Positions 43,135 to 53,472 of a stretch of DNA of 64,000 bases are shown here, piece by piece. Positions within the stretch are counted from its first letter, which is position 1. Each line of letters begins with the position of its first letter. Origin of the DNA: an uncultured bacterium (GTDB lineage Bacteria; Krumholzibacteriota; Krumholzibacteriia; Krumholzibacteriales; Krumholzibacteriaceae). The translations under genes were made by a program, and so were the position numbers. A model generated the notes under the pieces. That model saw nothing but the letters and a program-made list of their open reading frames with translations. It made no database searches and was not told the DNA's origin. The stretch spans positions 37,719-101,718 of the forward strand of contig CAWFAD010000006.1 in assembly GCA_963813815.1 (NCBI GenBank), given 5' to 3'.

Positions 43135-45143
43135 CTACCGTAGCAGGACGAGTTTCTTGGTGAGCGATCTCTTTCCCGCCGTGAGCCGATAGAAGTAGAT
43201 CCCCGCTGCGGCGGAAGCTCCCCCGCGCATCCCTGCCGTCCCACGGCACAGCATGAACGCCGGGCTCCTCGATGCCGTCGAGGAGGCACGCGATCTCCCT
43301 CCCCGCGCAGTCGTAGACGGCGAGCCTCACGCGAGAGCGCTCCGGGAGCTCGAAGCGGATCGTCGTTCCCGGGTTGAACGGATTCGGGTAGTTTTGGGAG
43401 AGGGATAGCGCGAGAGGCGGGAGCGAGACGGGCTCGCTCTCGAAGAGAACGCTGCGCTCTCCCGCCTGCTCGACGTCGACCCGGTACCGGTAATCGACTC
43501 CCCTCAGGCAGGTCTCGTCGGAGAAGGCGAAGGACAGGCCGTCTCTTCGCAGCCCCGCCGCGGGCAGCTCCTCGTACCCGCCACCCTCGGGGGCGCGCAG
43601 CACGATGAAGGCCGCGTCGTCATCGATCTCCGACAGCCGCCATTCGACGACGATGCGCGAGCTTTCGGCTCGGGCGCTGAAGCTCTGGAGAAGAGTCGCC
43701 ACGGTCTCGCCGTTCGCCGTCACCCGCATGGCGTAGACCGCGCCGATCGTGTCCTGCCGCAGATCGCGCCACGTGATGATCGCACCGCCTTCCCCGTTCG
43801 AGGCTATTTCGGGGAAGAGCTGATCGCCCACGGCCCCGCACACCACGATCCCCGTGTCCGGCCATAGCAAGGCGCCAGCAGAGTCGAATCGCTGGGAGAA
43901 TATGTCGTGCGCGGAGGGTTCAGCGGCCCATTACCAGGACACTATGGCTCCGCCCACTCCGTCCCGCACGAGCACGGGAATGCAATAGCCGCGAATCCCC
44001 GTCTGCGGATAGATACGGATGGGGATGCCATTCGGCGCCCAGAGCAGGTCTCCGGCTCCACTCATGTGCTGCGCGTAGACGTCGTCGACGCTGTCCCGCC
44101 GGTCATACCAAGCGACATAGGCTCCTCCGGAGGCATCCAGCGCCAAACCGGGATCAGTTCTGATCCAGCGCCGCCGTGCATATCGGCACGTCCCCGCGCG
44201 ACAAGATGGCGCCTGTCGAGTCGATCCGCTGAGCGAATATGTTCCGATAGCCGTCATTCCCGCTGTTCCAGGCAATGAAGGCCCCTCCGCAGTTGTCCTC
44301 AATGCAGACCACTTCCCACTTCGTGACGCTGGTGCCCGAGACGCGCACCCCGTCCGTCGCCCACAGCTTGTTTCCGCTCCCATCGATGCGCTGGGCATAA
44401 ACGAAGGAATACACGAGGCTGTAGCGGTTGTCCTCCCAGGCGATGATGACGCCCCCGGCCCCATCCGTGGTCGCTTGAGGAAGATTCTGCCACCAGACGG
44501 TGGGACATACGGGAATGCCGTTCACAGTCCACAGGGCATTGCCGTCGCCGTCGAGCTTCTGGCAATAGATCTGCCCCACGCCGCTTCGATCATCCCGCCA
44601 GGCGATGATGAAGTTGCCACGGCCGTCCGGAACTATGGAAGGCCCATACTGCCCGTATCTCTCCGTAACGATCGGTACGCCGTCCGGCGTCCACTGCACC
44701 TCGCCGGCGGCGTTGACCCGCTGCACATATATGTCAAAAGTGCCGCTCCGCTCATCGCGCCATGCAATGATGGCTCCACCTTCACCGTCCGCGACTATTT
44801 GCGGGTCTGCTTGAGCGCCGGGCGCTATGGATATGGGCACGCCCTCCTGTGCCCACAGGATATCGCCGTCCCCGCCGATGCGCTGGGCGTAGATATCAAA
44901 GTCATACGCAATCCCCGAGCGCACTTCGTACCATGCGATAAATGCCCCGCCGGCTCCGTCGCTCGCAATGTAGGCGTACCACTGATCTCCCAGCGAAGGG
45001 CACACCGGCACGCCGTCCTCGATCCAATCCGCTCGCAGATCCGGAGAGGCAATAAGCGAGGTCAGCATGACCATCAGGGAAACACGCCATTGCAGCGATG
45101 CCATGAGGCTTGATGCTCCGCAGAGTTGAGCCTTCGTCTTCAT
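43135..45143 (-). CDS. Secreted repeat (beta-propeller-like) protein with C-terminal FlgD-Ig/T9SS-like sorting domain (several frameshifts)
   Basis: Repeats DG.GGA.I.W.D.R...DIY.QR across ORF pieces; C-terminal QNYPNPFNP.T.I.F...WDGRD...GIYFYRL...KKLVLLR*. Confidence 0.8.
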
Positions 45144-45282
45144 GAGTGAAACAGCATAAACCGCTCCTATAAGCATAGCCCATTTTGGAGTTGTTTTGTG
45201 CGAATTTGCGACCTCCTCGGCACAACCTGGAATCTCGCTGAAACGGTCAACCGAGATCGTGAATTGGCACAGGAGGAATGGA

Positions 45283-45542
45283 TCCTTGACGCCGCGGCAG
45301 GGGCGGCGTAAAATGCGTACGTATAATCAATCTACATTGTGAGAACCAGCGGGGAGGTTTGCGGCATGCGACTCTTTATGTTTGCCGTCATGTTTTCGTT
45401 TCTCTATGCATCCGACGCATACCCACGAACATGGTACGTTCGAACCGACGGAACCGGGGATGCTCCGACGATTCAGGCGGCTCTCGACAGCGCGCAGGCT
45501 GGCGATACGGTCCTCGTGGGATCCGGGATTCACCAGGTTGAG
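45283..45542 (+). repeat. Copy 1 of a ~260-bp direct repeat (upstream region plus 5' part of a beta-helix gene)
   Basis: Highly similar to 46581-46835 (TAATCAATCTACATTGTGA...ATGCGACTCTTTATGTTTGCC...GTGGGATCCGGGA). Confidence 0.9.
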
Positions 45543-45596
45543 AACATGCTTCTTTATCAAATGAATTGTCTGATAGGCAGGTGCATATGCGCATAA
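45366..45596 (+). pseudogene. Truncated 5' remnant of a secreted beta-helix protein
   Basis: First ~58 aa nearly identical to the 46660 gene, then diverges and stops after 76 aa. Confidence 0.7.
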
Positions 45597-46519
45597 GGAT
45601 GTCGGGGCGCAATTGTCTCCTCTCCCTTATGATCATGATTTGTTCGTGGTCGGGGTACGCTTTTGCGAGGGTGTGGTACGTACGCAATGACGGAACTGGC
45701 GATGTCCCTACAATTCAAGCTGCTATTGATAGCGCCGCCGCGGGAGATACGATCACCTTGGCAAAGGGGATATTCACGGGGCAGTCGATCATAAGGTGCT
45801 ATTCGAAGACCAATCTCTTTATCAATAGCGAGGCTGGCCCCGACAGCACCATACTCTCCCTCAGTGAAGCGCCCGCATTTATGAGCGTTGCCAACTGCAC
45901 CTTATTGTCCGTAGATGGTATCACATTCAGGGACAGCCAGAGCCGTGCAATATCATTTTATATGTCATCACAAATCGCCATCTCGAATTGCGGCTTCTTC
46001 AACAATGGCAATTCTGCGATCCTCTTTGATTGGTGCCATGGCATTGACGTGCACGATAGCAATATAAGCGGAAACGCAGCAGGCATATCTTATTATGAGA
46101 TGGATAGCGATGTAGTGATGCGCAATAATACCCTCTTAGCAAACGCGGGTGTTGCGATAGATCTGATGAACGGCGTAATAAATTGCAGCATAACGCATTC
46201 GATAATTGAGGGTAGCAGCTATGGAATCATCGGCTTCGCTTTTAACCTTTTCCTCGGCTGCAACGATGTTTTCAATAATGGGGAGAACTACGCCATACTG
46301 GATTATCCTGATCCAACGGGACTAGATGGAAACATTTCCGTCGACCCGCAATTCTGCTCGATCGATCCGGTTGCATATAACAACTACTATCTGCAGAGCG
46401 ATTCTCCGTGTGCACCCGGGAATCATCCATGCGGTTTGATTGGGTGTGAGCTGGTCGGTTGCGAGACCACGGCTTCGGAAACGGCCAGCTGGTCAACGAT
46501 TAAGCAATTGTTTAAATAG
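45587..46519 (+). CDS. Secreted right-handed parallel beta-helix protein with SWxxIKxxFK tail
   Basis: WYVRNDGTGDVPTIQAAID, Asn-rich repeats, GNISVDPQFC..LQSDSPC, C-terminus ETASWSTIKQLFK; lower GC. Confidence 0.85.
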   Translation: MRIRMSGRNCLLSLMIMICSWSGYAFARVWYVRNDGTGDVPTIQAAIDSAAAGDTITLAKGIFTGQSIIRCYSKTNLFINSEAGPDSTILSLSEAPAFMSVANCTLLSVDGITFRDSQSRAISFYMSSQIAISNCGFFNNGNSAILFDWCHGIDVHDSNISGNAAGISYYEMDSDVVMRNNTLLANAGVAIDLMNGVINCSITHSIIEGSSYGIIGFAFNLFLGCNDVFNNGENYAILDYPDPTGLDGNISVDPQFCSIDPVAYNNYYLQSDSPCAPGNHPCGLIGCELVGCETTASETASWSTIKQLFK

Positions 46520-46580
46520 AGAGCGCGGTTCTGAAGCTCAGGATCGAGTGCTCGGGATAGCCCCGGCCTCAATATTCCTA

Positions 46581-46835
46581 TCGTTGACGCCGGCGGGAAA
46601 GCGGCATAAAACATATGTAATCAATCTACATTGTGAAAACCAGCGCGGAGGTTTGCGGCATGCGACTCTTTATGTTTGCCCTCATGTTTTCGCTTCTCTA
46701 TGCGTCCGACGCGTACTCCCGAACATGGTACGTTCGAACAGACGGAACAGGGGATGCCCCGACGATTCAGGCCGCTCTCGACAGCGCGCAGGCTGGCGAT
46801 ACGGTCCTCGTGGGATCCGGGACACACGAGGTTGA
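46581..46835 (+). repeat. Copy 2 of the ~260-bp direct repeat
   Basis: Highly similar to 45283-45542. Confidence 0.9.
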
Positions 46836-47568
46836 AGATTGGCTCATCTGCGGCGCAAAAGATGATCTAACGATACTTGGGGAAGAGCCGGAGGGCTCCG
46901 CGACAATAAGTGCAACGACCGATTACAAATATTTGCGGGTTGAACATTCTTCAAACATAACAATAAAGAGAATGAAGTTTTTGAATTATTCCCTAATATT
47001 GGTTGGCATCGGTTCATCGATTATAGCGAACAACATCTTCTGCGAATCATCCTCTATTAAGGTCGAGGCAAGCGCTTCGAGCGAAATATTCAACAATCTC
47101 ATTTACTCCAGCGGCTCCGGAATAAGCTGCGGGGACTATGCAATGGAGATTACCATACACCACAATGTCATCGCCTTTAATTCGTATGGCCCGGCCATCT
47201 CGCTGGACGCTGGGAGCTATTGGATTAGCAACAACATTATTGTCAATAATCGGCAGGGCATACGGAGCATTTCAACCACCGTGCATCTCGACTGCAACAA
47301 TGTGTGGGGGAATGAGGAATTCAACTACGGCCTGCTGTTTTTCCCGGATCCGACGGGAACGAGCGGCAATATTTCTCTGGACCCGCAGTTTTGCGGTGTG
47401 AGCCCGGATATCTCGGGCAATTTCTATCTGCAGTCTGATTCGCCCTGCGCCCCCGGGAACCATCCTGACGGCTTCGATTGCGGCCTTATCGGAAGATATC
47501 CGGTCGGCTGCGAGACGGTATCCACGGAGCGAACGAGTTGGGGCGAAATAAAGGCAATGTTCAAGTAA
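46660..47568 (+). CDS. Secreted right-handed parallel beta-helix protein with SWGxIKxxFK tail (paralog)
   Basis: WYVRTDGTGDAPTIQAALD, GNISLDPQFC..LQSDSPC, C-terminus ERTSWGEIKAMFK; GGAGG RBS. Confidence 0.88.
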   Translation: MRLFMFALMFSLLYASDAYSRTWYVRTDGTGDAPTIQAALDSAQAGDTVLVGSGTHEVEDWLICGAKDDLTILGEEPEGSATISATTDYKYLRVEHSSNITIKRMKFLNYSLILVGIGSSIIANNIFCESSSIKVEASASSEIFNNLIYSSGSGISCGDYAMEITIHHNVIAFNSYGPAISLDAGSYWISNNIIVNNRQGIRSISTTVHLDCNNVWGNEEFNYGLLFFPDPTGTSGNISLDPQFCGVSPDISGNFYLQSDSPCAPGNHPDGFDCGLIGRYPVGCETVSTERTSWGEIKAMFK

Positions 47569-47747
47569 ATGGATGGAAGGATGATCGCTGAGGCCGGACG
47601 GCCGCTATTTTATTCCCGCTAGCGGTGAGATATTCCGCATTTTATGCTTCATTGGCGACTGCATTTTTTCTTGCAAGAATCAAATATAGGTGGTAGGTAT
47701 TCCATATCTCACTAGAGCTTGCTCGACACCACTATAGAGACGACATC

Positions 47748-47876
47748 CTCGCTTAAATCCAGTTCCCCGCGGCCGACACCGGGGGAGCGGTTCGACTGGT
47801 TCGGCCCTCGAGCAGCGAGCGCGACGGAGAGACGCTCTCCGAGCGGTCGCGAAGGGCCGCCGAGCGAGAGAGGAGG
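47748..47876 (+). promoter_or_regulatory. Multi-stem structured 5' leader abutting the RBS of a TonB-dependent receptor
   Basis: Stems CTCGCTT/GAGCGAG, CCAGT/ACTGG, TTCCCCG/CGGGGGA, CGGCCCT/AGGGCCG, CGCGAC/GTCGCG, GGAGAG/CTCTCC; AGGAGG at 47871-47876. Confidence 0.45.
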
Positions 47877-47882
47877 CGCGTT

Positions 47883-50519
47883 ATGCGAGGGGTTTACGCT
47901 CTCGTAGCAACGGTCTTTCTCGCGTCAATACTCATTCCCGCACTTTGTTCGGCGGGCGACGTGGGAAAGATCGTGGGTACGGTGACCGACAAGGCGACGG
48001 GGAGACCGCTCGTCTACGCGAACATCGTGCTCGTCGGGACGCCGCGGGGCGCGATGTCGCTCACGGACGGCACCTATACGATTCTGAACGTCACCCCGGG
48101 AACGTACGAGGTGCGGGCGTCGTACATGGGATACAAAACGGTGGTGGTGCGCAACCTCGTGGTCGAGCCCGATCTGACGAGAAACGTCGATTTCGCGCTC
48201 GAGGAAACCGTCGTCGGCACGCTCGAGCCCATCATCGTCGAGGCGGAGAAACCGCTCGTGCAGGTCGACGTCACCTCGACGCGAAAGATGCTGCTCGCCG
48301 ACGAGATACAGGCGCTGCCCGTCGACAATCCCGTGCAGATCATCAACTACATCGCCGGCTCGAGCGTCGACGCGACCGGGACGCACATTCGAGGCGGGCG
48401 CGCGACCGAGGTCGGGTACTACATCGACGACGCTCCCGTCCAGGATCCCATCGCGAACAACGCCCTCATCAACGTTTCGAACCAGGCCGTGAACGAGATG
48501 ATCATTTACACGGGCGGGTTCAACGCCGAGTACGGCAACGCGAGCTCCGGCATCGTCAACATCATCACGAGCGAGGGGAGCGACACTTTCGAGGGAGCGA
48601 TCGAGTACCGGATGTATCTCCCCATCCAGATGTTCTGGACGAAGTTCGACGGCCCGGATCCGCTCGACACGGGGGAGATGCGTTCCCGCTTCTACGTGTC
48701 GGGACCCATCGTCAAGCGGCCGCAGATGGATTTCAAGTACGCCCTCGCCATCGAGGCGAGCGATTGGGACGATTGGCAGCCGAGGGTCGAGGCGCTCGAT
48801 CGCCCGGGAAAGCAGCGCATCTACGACGGCGTGCTGACCTTCCGCCGGGGCAACACGAAGATCAAGGGCGTTCTCAACATCAACAACGACACCCACGTGT
48901 CGAGCTACGACGCGTCCCGGCTCTACGAGCGGATATACGTTCCCGAAACCTGGCGCCACACGCAGAACGACACCTACCGCGGCGCGCTCAACGTGAGCCA
49001 TATGTTCTCCGAGAAATCGTTCGCCTCGCTCAGTATGAGCGTCCTCGACGGCGAGCTCGAGATCGCGCAGCCCGGCATGAAGTGGGATCCGGCCCTCAGC
49101 TATCAGGAGAATCAGGACCTCTACGACTGGGACCTCGACATCAGGCGCGACGAGAACAACTTCATCGCGAGCGGCGACAACCCGTACTACGATTATCAGA
49201 AGAACCGCATCTACACCTTCCGCGGGAGCTACACCCACCAGCAGTCCCGGAACGAGGTCAAATCCGGATTCGATCTCAACGTCTATGACGTGCAGGAGAT
49301 CGACGTGTTCGCGTCGACGCAGAACTACTACATCTATGAATACGACGTGCAACCGCGCGCCGGAGCCTTTTACACGCAGGACAAGCTCGAGTTCGAGGGC
49401 CTCATCATGAACGCGGGGCTCCGGCTCGACTTCTTCGACCCGAACGCGCAGGTGCCGAAGGACTGGAACCAACCCTACGATCTGACCGCGCCTGACTCGC
49501 TCTGGCACGGGCCCGATCAGGACAACGCGCCGATCGAGCTCGAGCGGTACGACGAGGAGGGAAACTACCTCGGGGGCGGCCTCGAGGACGCGACGGTCAA
49601 GTGGAAGCTGAGCCCGCGTCTCGGCGTCTCGTATCCGATCACGGACGACAGCTATCTGCACCTTCAGTACGGCCACTTCTTCCAGATGCCCTCGTTCGAC
49701 TACCTGTACGAAAACGCGACCTTCCACACGCGCGGGCGCTGGATGATCAAGGGCAATCCGGATCTCGAGGCCGAGAAGACGGTCGCGTACGAGATCGGCG
49801 TCAACCACCTTCTCAGCACGAACGTCGCGGTCGACGTCACGTTCTTCTACAAGGACATCACGGACATGACCGAGGGGATCGTGGTCGGACCGACCGCCAT
49901 TTCGAATCCGCAGGGCCGCACCAACTACGTCCTGTTCGACAACGTCGGCTACGGCAACGTCCGCGGGTTCGAAATCAACCTCGTGAGGCGCCACATCAAC
50001 AACTGGCACTATCACGGCGCGTACACGTTCATGGTCGCGAAGGGCCTCAGCTCGAACGTCAACGAGGGCAACCTGCGGCGGTTCGACAGCGAGGAGTACC
50101 CGACGCAGCAGTTCTACCTCGACTGGGACCGGCGGCACAACTTCCTGCTCACGGGCGGCTACAGCCTGCCGAAGAACTGGAGCGTCGACGTGGCGCTCAA
50201 CTATGCCACCGGCGCCCCCTTCACCGATCCCACCACGCTGACGAGAAAGCCCACGCGAAACAACGCGCGCTTCCCCTCGATCAACAACGTGGACGTGGAG
50301 CTTCACAAGCTGTTCGAGATTTTCGGCCTCGATAGCGACGTTTTCCTCCGCGCCTCGAACGTGTTCAATCAGCGCAACATCATCGCGTGGGACGACACCG
50401 ATCAGGACTTCAGAAACTGGTACGTCGCGACCGACGGCAGCTATCTCGGACCCTTCGGCGACTACACGATCTACGGAGAGCCGCGAAGCATACTGGGCGG
50501 CGTCAAGGTGAGCTTCTAG
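47883..50519 (+). CDS. TonB-dependent receptor (carboxypeptidase-regulatory-like N-domain, plug, barrel)
   Basis: GKIVGTVTD..TG.PL, IRGGR..EV.Y.ID, GGFNAEYG, SPRLGVSYPI, GNPDLEAEKT, C-terminal Phe. Confidence 0.93.
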   Translation: MRGVYALVATVFLASILIPALCSAGDVGKIVGTVTDKATGRPLVYANIVLVGTPRGAMSLTDGTYTILNVTPGTYEVRASYMGYKTVVVRNLVVEPDLTRNVDFALEETVVGTLEPIIVEAEKPLVQVDVTSTRKMLLADEIQALPVDNPVQIINYIAGSSVDATGTHIRGGRATEVGYYIDDAPVQDPIANNALINVSNQAVNEMIIYTGGFNAEYGNASSGIVNIITSEGSDTFEGAIEYRMYLPIQMFWTKFDGPDPLDTGEMRSRFYVSGPIVKRPQMDFKYALAIEASDWDDWQPRVEALDRPGKQRIYDGVLTFRRGNTKIKGVLNINNDTHVSSYDASRLYERIYVPETWRHTQNDTYRGALNVSHMFSEKSFASLSMSVLDGELEIAQPGMKWDPALSYQENQDLYDWDLDIRRDENNFIASGDNPYYDYQKNRIYTFRGSYTHQQSRNEVKSGFDLNVYDVQEIDVFASTQNYYIYEYDVQPRAGAFYTQDKLEFEGLIMNAGLRLDFFDPNAQVPKDWNQPYDLTAPDSLWHGPDQDNAPIELERYDEEGNYLGGGLEDATVKWKLSPRLGVSYPITDDSYLHLQYGHFFQMPSFDYLYENATFHTRGRWMIKGNPDLEAEKTVAYEIGVNHLLSTNVAVDVTFFYKDITDMTEGIVVGPTAISNPQGRTNYVLFDNVGYGNVRGFEINLVRRHINNWHYHGAYTFMVAKGLSSNVNEGNLRRFDSEEYPTQQFYLDWDRRHNFLLTGGYSLPKNWSVDVALNYATGAPFTDPTTLTRKPTRNNARFPSINNVDVELHKLFEIFGLDSDVFLRASNVFNQRNIIAWDDTDQDFRNWYVATDGSYLGPFGDYTIYGEPRSILGGVKVSF

Positions 50520-50540
50520 GAGCGAAGGAGGTTCGGAGCC

Positions 50541-52406
50541 ATGAAACGGGCATTATGGTTCTGCATCGCCGCCATCCTCGTCATATGCATCGCCGGGGAG
50601 TGCGCGGCGAAAATCAATCCCCTGCGAAAGGACAAACTCATCTCGCTCGGACGCGCGCGGCCGGAGGCGAGTCCGCTGCAGACCGTGGAGGATATGTTCC
50701 TGAACGATCTCCACATCGGCGCCCTCTGGTTTCCCGCGGTCTCGAACAGGGGGTACGTCGGATACTCGGATATCAGCGCGTTCTATCCGGGAGGGGGCGA
50801 TCAGTCGATCGTCTGGCAGGCGGGGATGTGGGCCGGGGGATACGTCGAGGGCAGGTCGAACGCGTGGCGCTACCTCGGCTCGGACGGCTCGGACGGCGAT
50901 CCGCCCCAGTACGACGCGCTCGATGAGGAGGCGGTCGTCGAGACCGAGGCCGATTTCGCGCTGCCGTATCCCTACCGCCGGATGACGATCCGGGTCAACA
51001 CGGCGCTCAAGCCCATCCTCGAGAGCGGCGGGGAAGAGGTCGACGGGGACCTCGGCATAAACGTGACCTACGAGTGGCACCAGTGGGGAGTGCCGGGGTA
51101 CGACCACTGGGTGTTCGTTCACGTGACGATCGAGTTCACGAAGCCGATCGACGATTTCTACTGGGGATGGATGAGCGACTGCGACTGCGGCGACGTCAAT
51201 CTCGCCGACGTCTATTTCGACGATTACGCGGGCTGGGACGAGTCCCGGAAATTCTGCTACATGCGGGACTGGGATTACGATCCGCTGCCGGGGCAGCTCG
51301 AGGCGGCGAGCACGGCCGACAGCCTGTGGCTCTCGCCCAACGTGGTCGCGCAGGTGCTCCTCGCCGCACCTCCCGCCGGCGGGCTCGTCACCGCGGCGCC
51401 CGATCCCGCGCAGAAGTGGGTGTCGAAGAACTACTGGGACTGGAACAACGACGTCTCGGGCGCTCAGGACTGCTATGACCGGCTCGCGGGCGCCTGGGTG
51501 AATCCATTCCCTCCGGCGGACGATTTCGACTACCGAATCCTGAACGGCGTCGGTCCATACGATGTCACGGCGGGGGACGTGGCGGAGTTCTGGATGGCGT
51601 ACGTCCTCGGCGAAGGGTACGACGAGGATTCGCACGCCACCTTCGACCTCGGCACGGTCGTCGACCACGTCGACGCGGCGCAGGCGTTTTTCGAGGGCGG
51701 CATGGTCATACCGGCCGAGAGCTTCCCGCCGCAGACGCCCGATCTCGCGCCCGACCTCGCGGCGGACGTCGAGGCCGACGAGATTCTCGTGCACTGGGCT
51801 CCGTACGCGGACCTTCCCGGAGGCGCGGCCGCGGACAGCTTCTTCGTGTACACGAGCACGACGAGCAAGCTCGGCCCCTGGACGCGGGTCGCCGCGTTCG
51901 ACCAGACGACGCTCGATGCCACGGTGAAGCTCATTCCGGGCTTTTACACGTACATCTGGGTCGAGGCCTACGACGCGGACGGCGGCGTCGGGAGCAACCC
52001 GTACGCGCTCCAGAGCCGCCTCTACACGACTGACGAGGACGGGGTGCTGCGGGCCAACAACGGCACGATCACGAGCGTCATCGGCAACACGGCGGCCCAG
52101 AGCGGCCTCGATCTCGTGACGGTCGCTCCGAATCCCTACATCGGATCGAACGAGGCGGAGCTTCTGCCGTACGAGACGCTTCTCGGCTTCCATAACCTCC
52201 CCGAGCGATGCACGATCTACATCTACACGATGCTCGGGAACGTGGTCGCCATCATTCCTCACGACGCCGCCTCGGGCTCGGAGTTCTGGGACATGACGAC
52301 GCTGTCGGGCGAATCGATCGCGTCGGGCCTGTACTTCTATCGCGTCAAGGCGGATGGCGGCGGAGAGGCAACTGGAAAGTTCGCCGTCATCAAGGGGCAG
52401 CGGTAG
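50541..52406 (+). CDS. Secreted acidic protein with T9SS-like C-terminal domain
   Basis: Signal peptide; C-terminal VAPNPY...F.NLP..CTI.IYT..G..V...WD......IASGLYFY.V. Confidence 0.8.
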   Translation: MKRALWFCIAAILVICIAGECAAKINPLRKDKLISLGRARPEASPLQTVEDMFLNDLHIGALWFPAVSNRGYVGYSDISAFYPGGGDQSIVWQAGMWAGGYVEGRSNAWRYLGSDGSDGDPPQYDALDEEAVVETEADFALPYPYRRMTIRVNTALKPILESGGEEVDGDLGINVTYEWHQWGVPGYDHWVFVHVTIEFTKPIDDFYWGWMSDCDCGDVNLADVYFDDYAGWDESRKFCYMRDWDYDPLPGQLEAASTADSLWLSPNVVAQVLLAAPPAGGLVTAAPDPAQKWVSKNYWDWNNDVSGAQDCYDRLAGAWVNPFPPADDFDYRILNGVGPYDVTAGDVAEFWMAYVLGEGYDEDSHATFDLGTVVDHVDAAQAFFEGGMVIPAESFPPQTPDLAPDLAADVEADEILVHWAPYADLPGGAAADSFFVYTSTTSKLGPWTRVAAFDQTTLDATVKLIPGFYTYIWVEAYDADGGVGSNPYALQSRLYTTDEDGVLRANNGTITSVIGNTAAQSGLDLVTVAPNPYIGSNEAELLPYETLLGFHNLPERCTIYIYTMLGNVVAIIPHDAASGSEFWDMTTLSGESIASGLYFYRVKADGGGEATGKFAVIKGQR

Positions 52407-52434
52407 CCTGCGCGCAGGCAGGGGAGGAAGGATC

Positions 52435-53472
52435 ATGAAAAGGATTTTCATAGCGTTCGCCCTGCTCCTCGTCGCGCTCCCGCAGTTCGCCGGGGCGCAG
52501 ACGAGCGACCGGGCCGGGAGCACCGGCGCTCTCTTTCTCAAGCTCGGCATGAGCCCGCGGGCGGCGGCTCTCGGGAACACCTACGTCGGGATCGCCGACG
52601 ACATCAGCGGCCTCTTTCTCAATCCCTCGGCCGTGGCGTTTCTCGATGGGCAGCAGTTTTTCATCGCCGAGGCCGAGTATCTGCTCGACACGCGCGTCGT
52701 GGCCGGCGCCTACTCCTTTCCGCTGCCGGAGGCGGTCGGCGGGCGGATCGCCGTCCACTACACCGGATTCCTGTCCGGCGACATGACGATGACCACCGCG
52801 ACCGACATCGACGGCTCGGAGACAGGAGAGTCGTTCTCGTGGAACGAGCTCGCGATCGGCGTCACGTACGCGCGCAAGTTCACGGACCGCTTCTCGATCG
52901 GCGGAGGAGCGAAGTTCATCCGCACCGACGCGGCGGATTACTACAGCCAGACGGTCGGGTTCGACGTCGGCACGCTCTACCGCAGCGGATGGCGGAACTT
53001 CCGCATCGGCATGGCGGTCACGAACTTCGGGCCCGACATGCGGTTCAACGGCAGGTACACCAACACGTACATCTCGAGCATCTGGCAGGTCACCGTGCCG
53101 GAGGATTTCGGGTACTACGCGCTGCCGATATCGCTCCAGGTGGGGATCGCCGACGATCTGTACACGGCGGAGAAGATCCGCGTCACCGGCGGGCTCGACT
53201 ACAGCCATCCGAACGATCTCGCCGAGCGGATCCACGCGGGCGCGGAGTTCGCCTATGACGAGATGTTCTTCGTTCGGGGCGGTTTCTTCATGGACATGGA
53301 CCGAAGCGGGGTCGAGGACCCGGCGATATCGGGCGACGACGCGCTCGACCGGTTCATGGAGTTCCGCTTCGGGGCCGGGATCAAGATCAGCAACGTCGCC
53401 GTTGACTACGCGTGGCAGGACATCGAGGCGCTCGGAAGCGTGCACCGCTTCTCGCTCGCGTTCGCGCTCTGA
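52435..53472 (+). CDS. PorV/PorQ-family outer-membrane beta-barrel
   Basis: FLKLGMSPRAAALG, NPS, FDVGTLY, N.GP, DYAW..LGSVHRFSL. Confidence 0.85.
   Translation: MKRIFIAFALLLVALPQFAGAQTSDRAGSTGALFLKLGMSPRAAALGNTYVGIADDISGLFLNPSAVAFLDGQQFFIAEAEYLLDTRVVAGAYSFPLPEAVGGRIAVHYTGFLSGDMTMTTATDIDGSETGESFSWNELAIGVTYARKFTDRFSIGGGAKFIRTDAADYYSQTVGFDVGTLYRSGWRNFRIGMAVTNFGPDMRFNGRYTNTYISSIWQVTVPEDFGYYALPISLQVGIADDLYTAEKIRVTGGLDYSHPNDLAERIHAGAEFAYDEMFFVRGGFFMDMDRSGVEDPAISGDDALDRFMEFRFGAGIKISNVAVDYAWQDIEALGSVHRFSLAFAL

Noticed and set aside
45264..45280. Second sigma54 promoter (TTGGCAC)
   Set aside because: No TTGC-like -12 element at the required spacing (it reads GAATG)
45283..46835. Diversity-generating retroelement TR/VR pair
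   Set aside because: Differences between the repeats are not adenine-specific, the repeats cover gene 5' ends rather than 3' ends, and there is no reverse transcriptase in the window
47748..47870. c-di-AMP (ydaO) or cobalamin riboswitch
   Set aside because: CGCTTAA..GGGGGA resembles the ydaO start, but the downstream CAGCTAAC-type elements and B12-box motifs are missing
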